Origin: Azolla caroliniana
Lineage: Eukaryota > Plantae > Polypodiophyta
Reading direction: 5' to 3'
Length of the DNA: 64,000 nucleotides
Assembly (NCBI GenBank): GCA_043228905.1
Contig: JBHGNT010000010.1
Location: 15,128,001-15,192,000, forward strand
How positions within the stretch are numbered: the first letter of the stretch is position 1; the number at the start of each line of letters is the position of its first letter. Shown here in pieces: positions 1-12,240 of this stretch. Under the pieces are notes generated by a model, which searched no databases, had not been told where the DNA came from, and saw only the letters and a program-made list of their open reading frames with translations. Position numbers and translations under genes: made by a program.

Positions 1-184
1 TGTGTGTGTGTGTGTGTGTGTGCGTGAGTCGGTGTTAAGCACGCTCTCTCCCCCTTGGGTTGCTTCCGGTGTGTTTCTGAGATGCCCCAGAAGCAGTGAA
101 GCACGACCTCCTACGCTCCATCGCTCCCTAGTCCAAGACCCCGTGGTCCCGCCTTTCCCCACGCACGCGCGTAACAATGCGACA
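1..184 (+). repeat. Element A 5' LTR (partial)
   Basis: Near-identical to ~5040-5232; ends GCGACA just before the PBS. Confidence 0.9.
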
Positions 185-188
185 TCTT

Positions 189-206
189 TGGTGAACCCGA
201 CGTGAA
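189..206 (+). promoter_or_regulatory. PBS complementary to the tRNA-Trp 3' end
   Basis: TGGTGAACCCGACGTGAA is the reverse complement of the plant cytosolic tRNA-Trp end ...TTCACGTCGGGTTCACCA (tRNA sequence recalled). The same PBS occurs at 8031-8048, 14704-14721 and 62012-62031, with a variant at 31510. Confidence 0.8.
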
Positions 207-377
207 AGGCGGCAAGGGAGGATGGAGTCGGAAGACGACGACCTTGTGGAGATGGTGGCCGAAGTGGTGTTGGAGTCGGCACGAGTGGTGATGAGGCGAG
301 AAGCAACGCAACAAGCGGGTGAGCGAGTGGTCAAAAGAGTCGGCCGTTTCAACGGGGACAAAGTCCCATCTTTCTTG

Positions 378-1179
378 TGTTGGTAGACAGGTCCCTCCGG
401 ATGGGAAGGGAGAAGAACAGTGCCGACGAACAAACTCGGCCGAGGCCGAAATGGTATGAGGAGTACCCGGCTACGGAGAGCCGGATGATACAGGCCTGGT
501 GTGAACTGGATGAGGAGTACCCGGCTACGGAGAGCCGGATGGTGCAGGCCCGGTGTGAACCGAATGAGGAGTACCCGGCTACGGAGAGCCGGATGATACA
601 GGCCCGGTGTGAACCAGATGAGTAGTACCCGGCTACGGAGAGCCGGATGGTGCAGGCCCGGTGTGAACCGGATGAGGAGTACCCGGCTACGGAGAGCCGG
701 ATGGTGCAGAACCGGAGGAAGAGACATATTCGTAAATATGTTTCTGAGAGCCCATCGAGGCTATATTTGTAAATAGCCGAAAAGTCATATTAGTATAAAT
801 ATGACTTAGGGCAAACTTTTAGTTGTTGTTGTCATTTTCTGTTTTGCACGAAATTCGAGTGCGTAACTGTACAGAGAGAGAGAGAGAGAGATCAAGGTCG
901 TTGCCTCTGTTGTAACCGCCGCCTGTGGCGAAGATCGAGAGCACGAGGTCGTTGCCTCCGTGGACTCACTGTTTTTGTACATTCTTACATAGTGACAGTT
1001 TGCAGCCTGTGGACTGCCATGGTTTTTCCCCTAGTTTGGGGTTTTCCACGTAAACCTCCTGTGTAGTGTGTCTGTATCTTCCTCTCCTTTGTGTCCTGTT
1101 TTATTTCCCGTCTTCTGTGTATCATTCTACGCTCGGTTGTGGCCGAGAATCGCACATAAGGATCGTTGGGTTCCCGTCA
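378..1179 (+). mobile_element. Copia-family solo LTR (related to the LTRs of M and E)
   Basis: TGTTGG...CCGTCA flanked by 5-bp TSD TCTTG (373-377 and 1180-1184); shares the AAGTCATAT..TATAAATATGACTTAGGGC block with M. Confidence 0.9.
456..708. repeat. 54-bp tandem repeat (~4.7 copies) in the U3 of the solo LTR
   Basis: GAGTACCCGGCTACGGAGAGCCGGATG... recurs at 461, 515, 569, 623 and 677. Confidence 0.95.
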
Positions 1180-4100
1180 TCTTGGAAGCCTACAACGCGG
1201 AAATGGAGGAGCGTGGCGTAGACGAGGCGTTGAGGCTGGAGTTCTTCTGTCGGGTCGTGGCTATCCGGATGCATGCGGAAATAAAGGAGCTCCGTGAGGC
1301 TCATAGTTCGTGGGAGGCCTTTGAAGAGGCGCTCCTGAAGGCATACGGAGGACGGCGGAAGAGTCGGGGACGACACGACTTCGATCAGTGGGTAGCATCG
1401 GCAAAGACCCACCGGGGTGCGACGAAGGCGTTCCGGGAGTTCGAGCGACGACTTGCTCGGCTCCCAGAGCGGGAACAAGGTTTGGTGGGGGCGGACAAAG
1501 TCCTTTTGTTCGTCAGGTTGATCGACTGAGCGGAACGGGAAGCCATTGGGATTGAGCTCGAAGACGATGACGAGCGAATGGGCTTACGGAGGACTGGTCG
1601 AAGGTCGGAAGGGTGTGCCAACGGCTAGACAACGAGCGAGCTGAGAAGGCTAAGAGGAAGGTACGCGACGGCGTGCCATCACAGCGGGAAGAGGTCGAAT
1701 GGCAGAGAGAGTCAGCAAGGGTCGGCGTTGGGGCCAGGATTGCGGAGGCGTACGCAGCTCTCAAAGCGAAGCTCGAGGAAGAGGGGAAAATCGAAGCCGA
1801 AGAAGGGCTTATTATGGAGTCGGGCCGGAGGCGATCGGAGGATGAGGAGGCCGAAAGAGAATGGCACATCGGTACCACGGGAGAGGGTGCGGGACGAGCC
1901 ACCCTCCCGACTTGCGGGGATAGAACGGCCAAGGACGAGGCCGAGATACAGATCGCGGAACCGGAACGTTGGGACCAGCGGTTTCGGGCGTGTCAGCCCG
2001 AGATCCCGGTCATTGGAGAAGCAAGCCCAAACGGGGCTTGCGCGATCGGTAAGAAGACGACCGCCGACCACGGAGAGCCGGTGGCTACAGACAAGGGTGT
2101 AAAACGGACGGGTGATTCCTTGTGTCTTCCCACACTTGCTCCCAAGACGATGGCAGTCGGGCCCCAATGCCCACGCGAGTCCCAAGCGGAAGAAGGCAGC
2201 AGCGATAGGCCAAGAATCACCGGCGAGACGATACGGGGAAGGAACGGACGAAAGCCCACGGACCCAATTCCGGAGAACTCTGCATTCGGGTCCGTATGGC
2301 CATGTAAGACCGAGGAGATGGATGGCGGTACCGAGGAGTCCTGGCACGATGTTAGCGAAGTCGGATGGGAAACGGCCTGCGAGGAGGCCAAGGACAGAAG
2401 CGGCACGAGGAGATCGTCATTCCGATATGGATGGGGCGTGATCCGGTCGTGGATCGTTCGATCGAGGCCGGATTCGGCATAGAGGTGCCAATACGGGAGA
2501 GGGTGCGGGACGAGCCGCCCTCTTTTACATGGGGAGAAAGACCGACCGGGCGAAGGTCGAGATTTGGAAAGAGAATGAAAGCCGGTCCTATGGGTTTCCT
2601 TACACCGATTCGGCGGCAGGCCCGAGTGCCGGCGTAAGTCCTGTACGAGAGACGGTGGCGATAGGAGATCGAGACTCGGCAATCCGGAGAAAGACGAACG
2701 GACTCGGACGAGAACCGGGCGGAGCGGACTCCCGGATGACCATTCCGGGAGGGAGGAAGAGAGCAAGCCTACGAAGAGGCTGAGGAGACGGTACGTCGGT
2801 ACCACGGGAGAGGGTGCGGAGTAAACCGCCCTCTCGCCATGCGGAAAAGGACGACCCGGGATAGGGTCAGGAAGCCAAAACAGCGGGCCACGGAGGATCC
2901 TTCACACCGGTTCTAGAGACTTCGGCAGTCGGCAACGCAGTCGACGTAAGACCAAGATATTGATGGTGGCGGCGAGGTGACGAAGGCAAGGGCTAAGGAT
3001 GGAACGTCTACGGAGGATCCTTCACACCGGTTCTAGAGACTTCGGCAGTCTGCAACGCGGTCGACGTAAGACCAAGATACTGACGGTGGTGGCGAGGTGA
3101 CGAAGACGATGGGCGTAAGGAAGTCTGGTCCTACGGGATCCCCACACCGGTTCCGGAGACCCCGACTGTTCGGCCAACGTGGCAACGTAAGACCGAGGGA
3201 GAAGGAAGGTGGCGGCGGGAAACGGGAGTTGGCTACGCGGAAGGCACAAGGAGAGTCCGGGAGGAACTCAAACAAAAGACACCCGAGTTTCGGCAAGCAT
3301 AGAAACGGAGTCCGGTCCTATGGGACCCTCACACTGATCCGGAGACTCCGACAGTTCGGCCAACGTGGCAACGTGAGACCGAGGGAGAAGGACGGTGGCG
3401 GTAGGGAACGGGACCCGACGACACGAGGTTTCGGAAGAAGCCGGTAAGGGCAAACACGGAGAGGTGTGTCAGGCCGGAAAGGCACACCTTGGGCAGAACA
3501 AGAGTCTCGCAAGTGGCCATCGTGGGCCGGATCGAAGCGTGACTACGGGACGGTGTTCGGCGCGGGCGGGGCCGAACGAAGGAAGCGGAAGACGGCACAA
3601 GGGAGGTGCCGAGAACGAAGTGACAAGTGCCTAGTGGACTGCACAGGGTCGGGATCAGGATAGCAAGAGAGGCCGGAGGAGGATCCTCCACACTCGCTTC
3701 GTAGATCTCGGTAGCTCCGTCGAAGTAACAAAGACTGACACGGCAAGCCGGGGTGACAAGTTGGTGGGGGCGAGGGGACGACGGCAAGCGGAAGACTCAG
3801 GACCTGTTGCACCAGCACGGAGACGGGAAGGGCCAGGCGGGCTACTACGGGGTGTTCCTCGGATGCAGAGGACACCGGTATGCGGGTGAGCGGCGATGCA
3901 CGATCTGGCCGGAAAGGGGCCGACGAGGCGTGCAATAAACCAGAGTGCGACATAGGCGGTGCCAAACAACGGGCGAGGGTACATGGCACACGGAGGTGCC
4001 GAAGCAGAAAGGCGAGCGCAGAGAACGTCGGAAAGGGATCCTCCACACCGTTCTGGAGACCATGGCGGTTCGAGCCCACGCGGCGATGTGAGACCATGGA

Positions 4101-4469
4101 GAAGGAAGGTGGCAGCGGAAGGACGAAGGCAACGCGAAACACCATCGGGACATCACGATTCGACAACGGAGGCCAAGCGGGCTGCCACGGGCATTCCTCA
4201 AGCGGAGGACATCGGGCATACGGCGGGAAGCGGGGCGTTCATACGGCCAACGGAAGAACGTGTACTACGGAGATCGCGGCAGAGGACCCATCGACGGGTC
4301 GAATGAGCCTACGGGGAGGCGAGCGCGAAGGAAGACTCGAAGCCGACGAATCTAACTGGCAGCGAGCCTGGATGCGGATCACGGGAGACCGGTTTCTCAC
4401 CGGCCGAAATCTCTCACCCTTCAACCAGATTGGCACATACCGGTGGACGTGCAGTTAGGTGGGGGCGGA

Positions 4470-5232
4470 TGTCGTGAAGAATTTCAGCCATAGGCGAAAA
4501 CCGGGAAACATTGGCTACATCGGCGGGGTGCAGCATGTGTACGCACCCATGTACATTTAGTGTGAATATCGAGGGCGCCTTTATGGCGCCGAAGAGAGTC
4601 AAGTCGGGGCAGACGATCCCATTTAAGGCGGGATTTGTCCCACATTGTAACGCATCCCTCTCCTTGTACTATAAAAGGAAGGGATCACCCTTTGGAAAGG
4701 GGTTGCCCATTTTGGATTAGAGGGTATACCAGTAGGTTTAGGGTTAGGTTTCTTCTACTTCTTCTTCTTCCCCTTCGTGTTCGTTTAGGGTTGGCTGCAG
4801 CTTTTCTCCTGTGCAAGACCCCGCTCGGCGCGACGAGGCCGAGAGCTCCCCGACGGTGTCTTGACAGTAGACGACTGTTGTAAACTATCTTGGTCTGGCT
4901 CGAAGCCGAAAATGTATTCTTCTTCTATATATATACATATATGTTTGTGTCTGTCTGTGTATATTGGCGTCTTGTTGGTGTCGGGTGCTCCCCTTCTTCC
5001 CTGCGTTTCCTGTACATAAGGGCGTGAGTCGGGTCGGCTGTGTGTGCGTGTGTGTGCGTGAGTCGGTGTTAAGCACCCTCTCTCTCTCTCACTCTCTCTC
5101 CCTTGGGTTGCTTCTGGTGTGTTTCTGAGATGCCCCAGAAGCAGTGAAGCACGACTTCCTACGCTCCATTGCTCCCTAGTCCAAGACCCCATGGTCCCGC
5201 CTCTCCCCACGCACGCGCGTAACAACGCGACA
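4470..5232 (+). repeat. Element A 3' LTR
   Basis: Follows the PPT, has TG...CA ends, and is similar to the reverse complement of B's LTR 8053-8848. Confidence 0.9.
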
Positions 5233-6821
5233 CCGTGCTTTCCTCCCCGTTCGGTCCTCCCGAACGCCATCGCCGACCCGGTTGCTCTTCCTTTGTCCGC
5301 CTCGTATATCCTCCGGATGCGCTCCCGGTCGCATGCCGGATTCCGCCCTTTGCCTGCCGCACACCTCGGCGTGCCGACTCTCTCCGCTCCGCGCTTGCCT
5401 TCCGTAGGCTTTCCCCGTATGTCGATGTTGCCCTCCGAATGCGTGCTCGTGCTTCGGTCCTTCGATGACCCCATCACGCGTTTTTCGCTTTCCCCTTTTT
5501 CGCCGTGCTCTCTCGTAGTAGAGCGTATCGTCATCCCGACCTCCGTGTCGGTGTCCCTCGAGGCTCTCGTTATCGCCTCGCCTCGACTTGCGCCCTCTTG
5601 GCCCGCTTGGCCTTGTATGCCCTCTGGGAAGCCGCCACACTTTCTCTTCCCGGTGTGTACCCCGTTGTTCTCCGCGCATCTCCTCCCTTTTCCTAGATAC
5701 GACTCTCCGCTCATGCCGATCGCGCTCGGCCCATGTCGTCGATCTTGGTGTTTCGCCGCACCGTCCTTCGTCCCGCGCTTGCCTCTCGAAGGCTTGACCC
5801 GACCGTCATCGTCGGTCAATCGTTGTCGCCCATCCGCCGTATGCCTGCTTGTGTCTTGGCCCTCCACCGGCCGTATTGCATGCGTCTCGTGTCGTGCTTC
5901 CGCCGTAGACCCGACCTCCGCGTCGGTCTCCAACTCCTCGCCGCCACCCACCGCTTCTTCGTTCTCCTTTCGATCCGCGACCGCCGATGCCTCACGGGTA
6001 GGTGTGGAGGGTTCCTCCCACTCTCGGTTCACCACCGAGTCCTTGCCTCTCAAAGGCTCAATCGGTCCACAGTTTTCGGTCACTTGTTGACGCTCTCTCA
6101 GATGCATGCTCGTTCTTGGGCCCTTCACTGACCGTAGTGCATGCTTCGTATTACGCCCTTCATCCGCCGTAGACCCGACCTCCGCATCGGCCACTTCTTC
6201 CTTTGTCACCGTAGCCCGTTCCGACCCGAGCTCGCCATCTTGGACCTGCTCGTCCATCATCTCATACCGGATACCCGCTCCGATAACTTTGTCCGCTTCG
6301 GCCTCCGACTCCTCGCCGCCACCCGCCGTCTCTCCGGTCTCACGTTGATCCGCAACCACCGAAGTCTCTAGAATGGGTGTGGAAGGTCCCCCTCGCTCTC
6401 GGTCTTCTAGCAAGCCGTGATCACCGTGCCCACTAGGCCTCCTTCTTGCTGTCACCGGCTCCCACCGTAACCGTACCCGGCCGGCTACGAATCGATCAAA
6501 CAATCCCGGTCTTGCCGGCTTCCTTCGGTTCGTGCCCGGTTGACCGGCCCTTGCTTCACTCTTCTTCCGCTTCGCCTCCCGATCGGGTCGGATTACCGAC
6601 CGGCTCATCTTTCGGTTGGGTCGGTTCCCGATTCGCTCCTCGATGCCGCTCCGGAGCTCTCCTTCGGTCTTTTCGCACGTGCCCACTCCGGGCCTCTCAT
6701 CCTCACGGCCACCGCCCATCTCCCCGGTCTTATGTCCGCGCTCGGGCGCAACCGCCGAAGTCTCCGGCCCCGGTGTCGAGGGATCTTGCCTCCGTCCGCT
6801 ACAAACCTCCTCTTCGTCATT

Positions 6822-8015
6822 TCAGTTGCCCGCCTTGCCGCCGCCACCGTCCGTCTCTCTAGGTCTCACACCGGCTCTCGGGCCGGTTGCCAGAGTCTCT
6901 AGGACCAGTGTGTGGAAGGTCGCGGCACCGCCGCTTGTCTCCTCTTCTTCCTCGATTTCGCAAGCCTCGAGTATGCTCGCGAAATCCTCGTAGAACATTT
7001 CGGGCAACCGCGTCCCGAAACTTTCGCCCACTCTTGAAGTGGCGTCCATTGCTCCGTAGATATCGGCCTCATCTATGGCCGTCCTCTTTCCACAAGTCAA
7101 GAGGGTCGCTCGCTCCACACCCTCTCCCACATCGTCGCCGTCGTGGTCGCCCGCCTTGCCGCCGCCACCGCCTGTCACTCTAGGTCTCACACCGGCTCTC
7201 GGGCCGGTTGCCGGAGTCTCTAGGCCCGGTGTGCGTAAGGTCGCGGCACCACCGCCCGTCTTCTCCCCGCTTGATGTTTCGGGCCTCCGTGCCCGAACTC
7301 CCTCATGTCCGCTCGAATCGGCGATCGCCGCCTCACCGTCCCCGACCTCGTCCTCGGTCGATCTTTTTCCGCATGTCGAGAGGGTGGCTCGCTCCGCACC
7401 CTCTCCCATGGTACCGATGTACCATTCTCTTTCGGCCTCCTCATCCTCCGATCGCCTCCAGCCCGACTCCATAATAAGCCCTTCTTCGGCTTCGATTTTC
7501 CCCCTCACAAGCTCACATGCCTCCCGTATTAGCGCTTCTAGGTCGAGCTCCTCCGAACCGTTTTGCATTGAGCTCTCTTCCGGCGGTAGTGCGTACTGAC
7601 TCGCCGCTCTCTCTTCTCCGCCATTCGCAGGCCATGTTGTTGCCGACCACTCCCCATCGGGTTGCCCGCATACCCACTCCGGTTTCGCGTATCCGTACGC
7701 TTCCAATAGAGCTCCCTCGAAGGACTCCCATGACTCATGAGCTTCTCGTAGCTCCTTGACGTCCTTGTGCACTAATACGGCCGCCACTCGCGGAAAATAC
7801 TCTAGTCGCATCGCCTCGTCCACGCCCCCTTTCGCCATCTCGGCCTTGTAGGCTCCCAAAATTTTTAGGACCTCATTCCTATTGAACCGGCCGACTCGAT
7901 CGACCACCCTTTTGACGGCTTGTTGAGCCGCATCTCGCTTCGCCATCTTCCGTCCGGCTTCCATCACGATCTTTGCCATCATCTCCTCGAAGTCAAAGTC
8001 TTCTTCCATCTCCAT
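6822..8015 (-). CDS. gag: Gag N-terminal domain fused to an acidic, internally repeated region (397 aa)
   Basis: Starts just after the PBS; RVGRFNRNEVLKILGAYKAEM is homologous to the F and I gag. Confidence 0.6.
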   Translation of the reverse strand: MEMEEDFDFEEMMAKIVMEAGRKMAKRDAAQQAVKRVVDRVGRFNRNEVLKILGAYKAEMAKGGVDEAMRLEYFPRVAAVLVHKDVKELREAHESWESFEGALLEAYGYAKPEWVCGQPDGEWSATTWPANGGEERAASQYALPPEESSMQNGSEELDLEALIREACELVRGKIEAEEGLIMESGWRRSEDEEAEREWYIGTMGEGAERATLSTCGKRSTEDEVGDGEAAIADSSGHEGVRARRPETSSGEKTGGGAATLRTPGLETPATGPRAGVRPRVTGGGGGKAGDHDGDDVGEGVERATLLTCGKRTAIDEADIYGAMDATSRVGESFGTRLPEMFYEDFASILEACEIEEEEETSGGAATFHTLVLETLATGPRAGVRPRETDGGGGKAGN

Positions 8016-8052
8016 GCTCCCTTGCCGCCCTTCACGTCGGGTTCACCAAATA

Positions 8053-8182
8053 TGTCGCGTTGTTACGCGCGTGCGTGGGGAAAGGCGGGACCACGGGGGT
8101 CTTGGACTAGGGAGTGATGGAGTGTAGGAAGTCGTGCTTCACCGTTACCGAGGCATCCCAGAAACATGCTGGAAGCAACCGA

Positions 8183-8222
<40 letters not shown>

Positions 8223-8848
8223 ACACCGACTCACGCACACACACACACCCGCACACACACACAACCTCACACTCGTACACACAGCTCAACTCGACTCGTG
8301 CCTTATGTACAGAAAACGCAGGAGAGGGTAAGCACCCGACGCCAACAGCGACGCGAATATACATAGACAAACGTAAACGTATATGTATGTATATATATGA
8401 AGAATACATTCCCGGCTTCGAGTCGGACCAAGATAACTTACAACAGTCGTCTGCTGTCAAGCCGCCGTCGGGGAGCTCTCGGGCTCGTCGCACCGAGCGG
8501 GGTCTTGCACAGGAGATGAGCTGCAACAAACCCTAAGCGAACACGAAGGAGAAGAAGAAGAAGAAGAAGCTAACTCTAAACCTACCGGTATACCCTCTAA
8601 AGCAAAATGGGCAACCCTTTCACAAAGGGCGTTCCCTTCCTTTTATAGAACAAGGAAAGGGATGCGTTACAATGTGGGACAAATCCCGACTTACATGGGA
8701 TTGTCTGTCCCGACTTAACTACTCTTCGGCGCCATAAAGGCGCCCTCGATATTCACACTAAATGTACATGGGTGCGTACACACGCTGCACCCCGTCGATG
8801 TAGCCAATGTTTCCCGGTTTCCGCTTGTGGACGAAAATCTTCACGACA
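8053..8848 (-). repeat. Element B 5' LTR
   Basis: TGTCGCG...CACGACA on the + strand, adjacent to the PBS; contains (GA)n and (CA)n tracts. Confidence 0.9.
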
Positions 8849-11800
8849 GCGCTATGTAGCTTGGTATCCCAATCCGTTTGGTTTTCGTTGACGATCTTCC
8901 GGAGGATATTTTGGAGCGTCTTGTTCGTTGATTCCGCTAAACCGTTCGCTTGCGGATAGTAAGGTGTGCTCCATTTGTGAACAACGGCATAAAATGTCGT
9001 CAGGCTTTCCACTACTTGGCCGAGAAAGTGCCCCCCTTGGTCGCTTATTAATTCAATTGGGCATCCGTAACGGCACCAGATGTACTCGTATAGAAATTTC
9101 GCCGTTGACATAGCGGTGTTGTCCCTTAAAGCTTTGGCCTCCACCCATTTCGTGCAGTAATCTGTCGCGACGATGACGTACCGATTACCCGTTCTCATTG
9201 CCGGTGGCTTGAACGGTCCAACAAAGTCCAGCCCCCACTTCTGGAATGGCTCGAGTGGTAGTACCGGCTGGTGTGGCATACGAGCCTGCTCTGTTGGTTG
9301 GCCCATTCGCTGGCATAGGTCACATTCTTTTGCGTACCGTACCGCATCTCTTAATGTCGTTGGCCAGCATAGGCCACTTTGCCATATTTTCCTGGCCGTC
9401 GCATCTCCAGCATAGTGACCTCCGACAACTCCGCAGTGGGCTTCTCTCAGTATCAGTTCCTTTTCATCGATGTGCACCGCTCGTCTCCATATGTTGTCCG
9501 CGCCCTTGTGGTACAGTATGTCTTGCAGTAAGCAGAAATGTCAGCTTTGCATCGCCAGGCGTTTCCGTTCGTCCCGGTTCATCTCTTCCAGAGGCAGTCC
9601 TATGCTCAAAAACTGGTGCATATTTGTGAGCCACTTGTCTTCCTGGGCCACCGTCTCATTTGCTGCCGTCTCTGTAGTGACTCGAAACAGCTCCGCATCC
9701 GGAAACTCATCCACTACTCCGTCACCCGTCTCTCCGGACTCTAATTGGCTTAAGTAATCCGCCACGACATGCTGTATACCGGGTCGGTGGAATATTTCAA
9801 ACTCGAATTCTTGTAACAGTAAGGTCCACCAGGCCAATTTGCCGGTGAGTGATGCTTTCGACACCAGGTAAAGGAGTGCCGAATGATCTACATGGAAGGA
9901 AAACTTCCTTCCCAATAAATAATGCCGAAACTTTGTCACACTGTAGATCATCCCTAGAGCTTCCCGTTCCGTGGTAGAGTAGTTCTGTTCTGCTTGGGAT
10001 AGCTTTCGGCTGGCATAGTACACTAGCCGGTACCACTTTGGTTCCGTAAGCTGCATCAGTACGCTTCCAATTGCGATGTCGGAAGCGTCCACGAAAACGT
10101 GAAATTCTTTACTCCAATCCGGAGGCTGCACTACCGGTGCTTGCGACAATAGTACCTTGAGGGCCCTATACGCCCTATCCTCGGTGTCGGTCCACTGGAA
10201 TGGTGTCCGATGTACGGCGGCATGCAACAGTGTAGCCAAGTCGGCCAAGTATCGGAGCATCCGGCTGTGCCACCGGATCTGGCCTAAGAACCGGCTTAAT
10301 GCCTTTGCCGTTGCCGGCGTCGGTGCTTCTAATATGGCTTTCACTTTGACCGGGTCGACTGCAATACCTTCCTGGCTCACAATATGTCCTAATAGAGTTC
10401 CACTGGATACGCCAAATACACACTTTGCCGGATTCAAGCTTAGCCAGTACGTTCTACACTTTTCTAGACAAAGACGGAGGTGCTGAAAATGGTCCTCCTC
10501 CCGGCTATAGACAGCGAAATCGTCAAGGAAAACCTGCATAAAAGCCGGAATATATTCACCAAAAATTTCCATGATGATTCGTTGAAATGTTGCCGGTGCT
10601 GTTTTGAGTCCGAACATCATCACCATGGCCACAAACACCCCCCATTCGGTGACGAAAGCCATTTTCTCTTGGTCGTCGGGGTGCATCCGGATCTGATTAT
10701 ACCCGCTGAATTCGTCTAGGAAGCTATAGACCTCATGGCCGGCGACGGCATCCAACACTCCATCTGTGAACGGAAGTGGAAACGCATCCGTTACTGTAGC
10801 TGCATTGAGTTTCCGGTAGTCCACACAAACTCGAATTTTTCCGTTCTTCTTCAGTACGATTACGATCGGGCTCAGCCATGTCGCTTTCTTTACCGGACAG
10901 ATAAAGCCAACTCTTAGCAGTTTTTCGATTTCCGCCTTAACTTTGGCGGCATAATTGGGATTCATCCGGTACCGTCTTTGTGCCACTGGTTTTGCGTCCT
11001 TGCTCAAGTGCACCTGATGCTGGTATAACTGAGGGTCGAGTCCTCGCATGTCTTCGTATGACCAGGCGAACACATCGCGAAATTCCGTGAGAAGTGTGAT
11101 CATCGCCATTTTGTCTTCGAACTTCATCTCCTTGGCGATGTGCACCGGTTTTGCTTCGTCTGTGGTCCCTAGGTTCACCTCTTCCAGTTGCGACGCTTTT
11201 ACGCGCTGTGAAACGGCCATTTCCCATTCCAACGCTTCCTGCGCTTGCCGTAACTCCCGGATTGCGTCTTTATCCGGTTCTGCTTCAGCCTCTTCCGGTT
11301 GCGGTAAGTATGGTGCTACTGCTTCGGCGATGTCAATTTCGAAGAGGGGTATGATCTTCGGGTTTTCCTGCAAGTACTGAGCTTCTTCTTCGTCAACTAA
11401 CCCTTCTAGCATGTTGACGCATTCCGCATACAACAGTGTACATTCCTTGCCAATGCTCGTCCTTGGCTGTGTTGGTACCCGTACCTTGGCTTTTCCTCGC
11501 GGAAGGTAATTATATTTTTCCTCCAATTCTGTTTGATATGTGTCGTTTTCAACCATGGCCGCCCCAGCAATAGCAGGTATGCGCCTTGTGCCTATAATTG
11601 TAGCACTACTGCCGAGATGTGAAATGTATGACCGCCGACGGTGACTTCTAATTTCCGTATTAATCATGTCGGCCGCACTGAGCTTGTATCGGCCATCCGC
11701 AACCAGAACGGACACGGCTCCCACTCGTGGATTCCTAGGGCATCACACGTCCGGAGGCTTATTACATTCACCCCAAAGCCTCCGTCTATAACTGTGCCGG

Positions 11801-12212
11801 GGAGTTCTTTCCCTTTTACAATGGCCGTGATTACCGAACTGCTGGTGTCCACCACCGTTGGTCCCTCCTCCGGATTCGAGAAGAGTACCGGTGCCGATGA
11901 TGGTTCTCCTGCCGTCATGGCCGTCTTCAGTCCTTCCGTGAATCTTGGCACGAGTTGTAGGAGTCTTCCTAGTGGCAACGTAATCTGGCATTCTTGGAAC
12001 GCCTGCCATGTCTCGTTCTCGAAGTGACTACCGTCGGCAAGCCCTACGGTGTTCTCCTTTTGCCGCTGTAAGTTTGTGACATTCTGCTCGTTTGCTTTCT
12101 TTACCCATTCCGTTGCTTGTTTCCGGATGGTCTCCTGCGTCTCCCATTCCTTGGCCATGCCCTTCGACCTTGTGGTAACCTGCTGCAGATCTGCCACCTC
12201 AGGGACTACCAT
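8849..12212 (-). pseudogene. pol: pol (PR-RT-RH-IN) of element C, with stops and frameshifts
   Basis: ORFs 11664-12212, 9541-11724 and 8758-9477 (the last truncated by B at 8849). Confidence 0.9.
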
Positions 12213-12240
12213 ATTTACTGCGGTCGTTTTTCATAGCTCT

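Larger units (their letters stand above)
222..1529 (+). pseudogene. gag: gag of element A, interrupted by solo LTR 378-1179
   Basis: MESEDDDLVEM...VGRFNGDKVPSFL (222-377) rejoins in frame with EAYNAEM... at 1185; homologous to the gag N-termini of B, F and I. Confidence 0.85.
1..5232 (+). mobile_element. Element A: non-autonomous Ty3/Gypsy-derived LTR element (tRNA-Trp PBS family), 5' end outside the window, inserted in element B
   Basis: Partial 5' LTR 1-184 matches the end of the 3' LTR 4470-5232 (TGTCGTG...CGCGACA). PBS at 189-206, PPT GGTGGGGGCGGA before 4470, gag remnant present, no RT/RH/IN motifs. Right flank is CCGT. Confidence 0.9.
5233..8848 (-). mobile_element. Element B: non-autonomous relative of A (5' part), inserted in the integrase of C
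   Basis: 5' LTR 8053-8848, Trp PBS 8031-8048, gag-like ORF 6822-8015; shares KIEAEEGLIMESG..RSEDEEAEREW with A. Right flank is GCGC. Confidence 0.88.

Noticed and set aside
128-727. Repeat-protein ORFs (128-727 minus, 377-625 plus)
   Set aside because: They arise from a 54-bp (multiple of 3) LTR repeat, and the longer one crosses an insertion junction.
4785-6719. 644-aa ORF as an env-like or host gene
   Set aside because: No signal peptide or transmembrane segment is evident, it is low-complexity GC-rich sequence, and its last ~150 codons run through A's LTR.
1600-8000. Numerous overlapping short ORFs on both strands
   Set aside because: Expected in GC-rich, stop-poor sequence, and they contain no recognisable domains.
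11380-11724. Programmed frameshift in the pol of element C
   Set aside because: The breaks coincide with in-frame stops and there is no second copy to show conservation; treated as decay.
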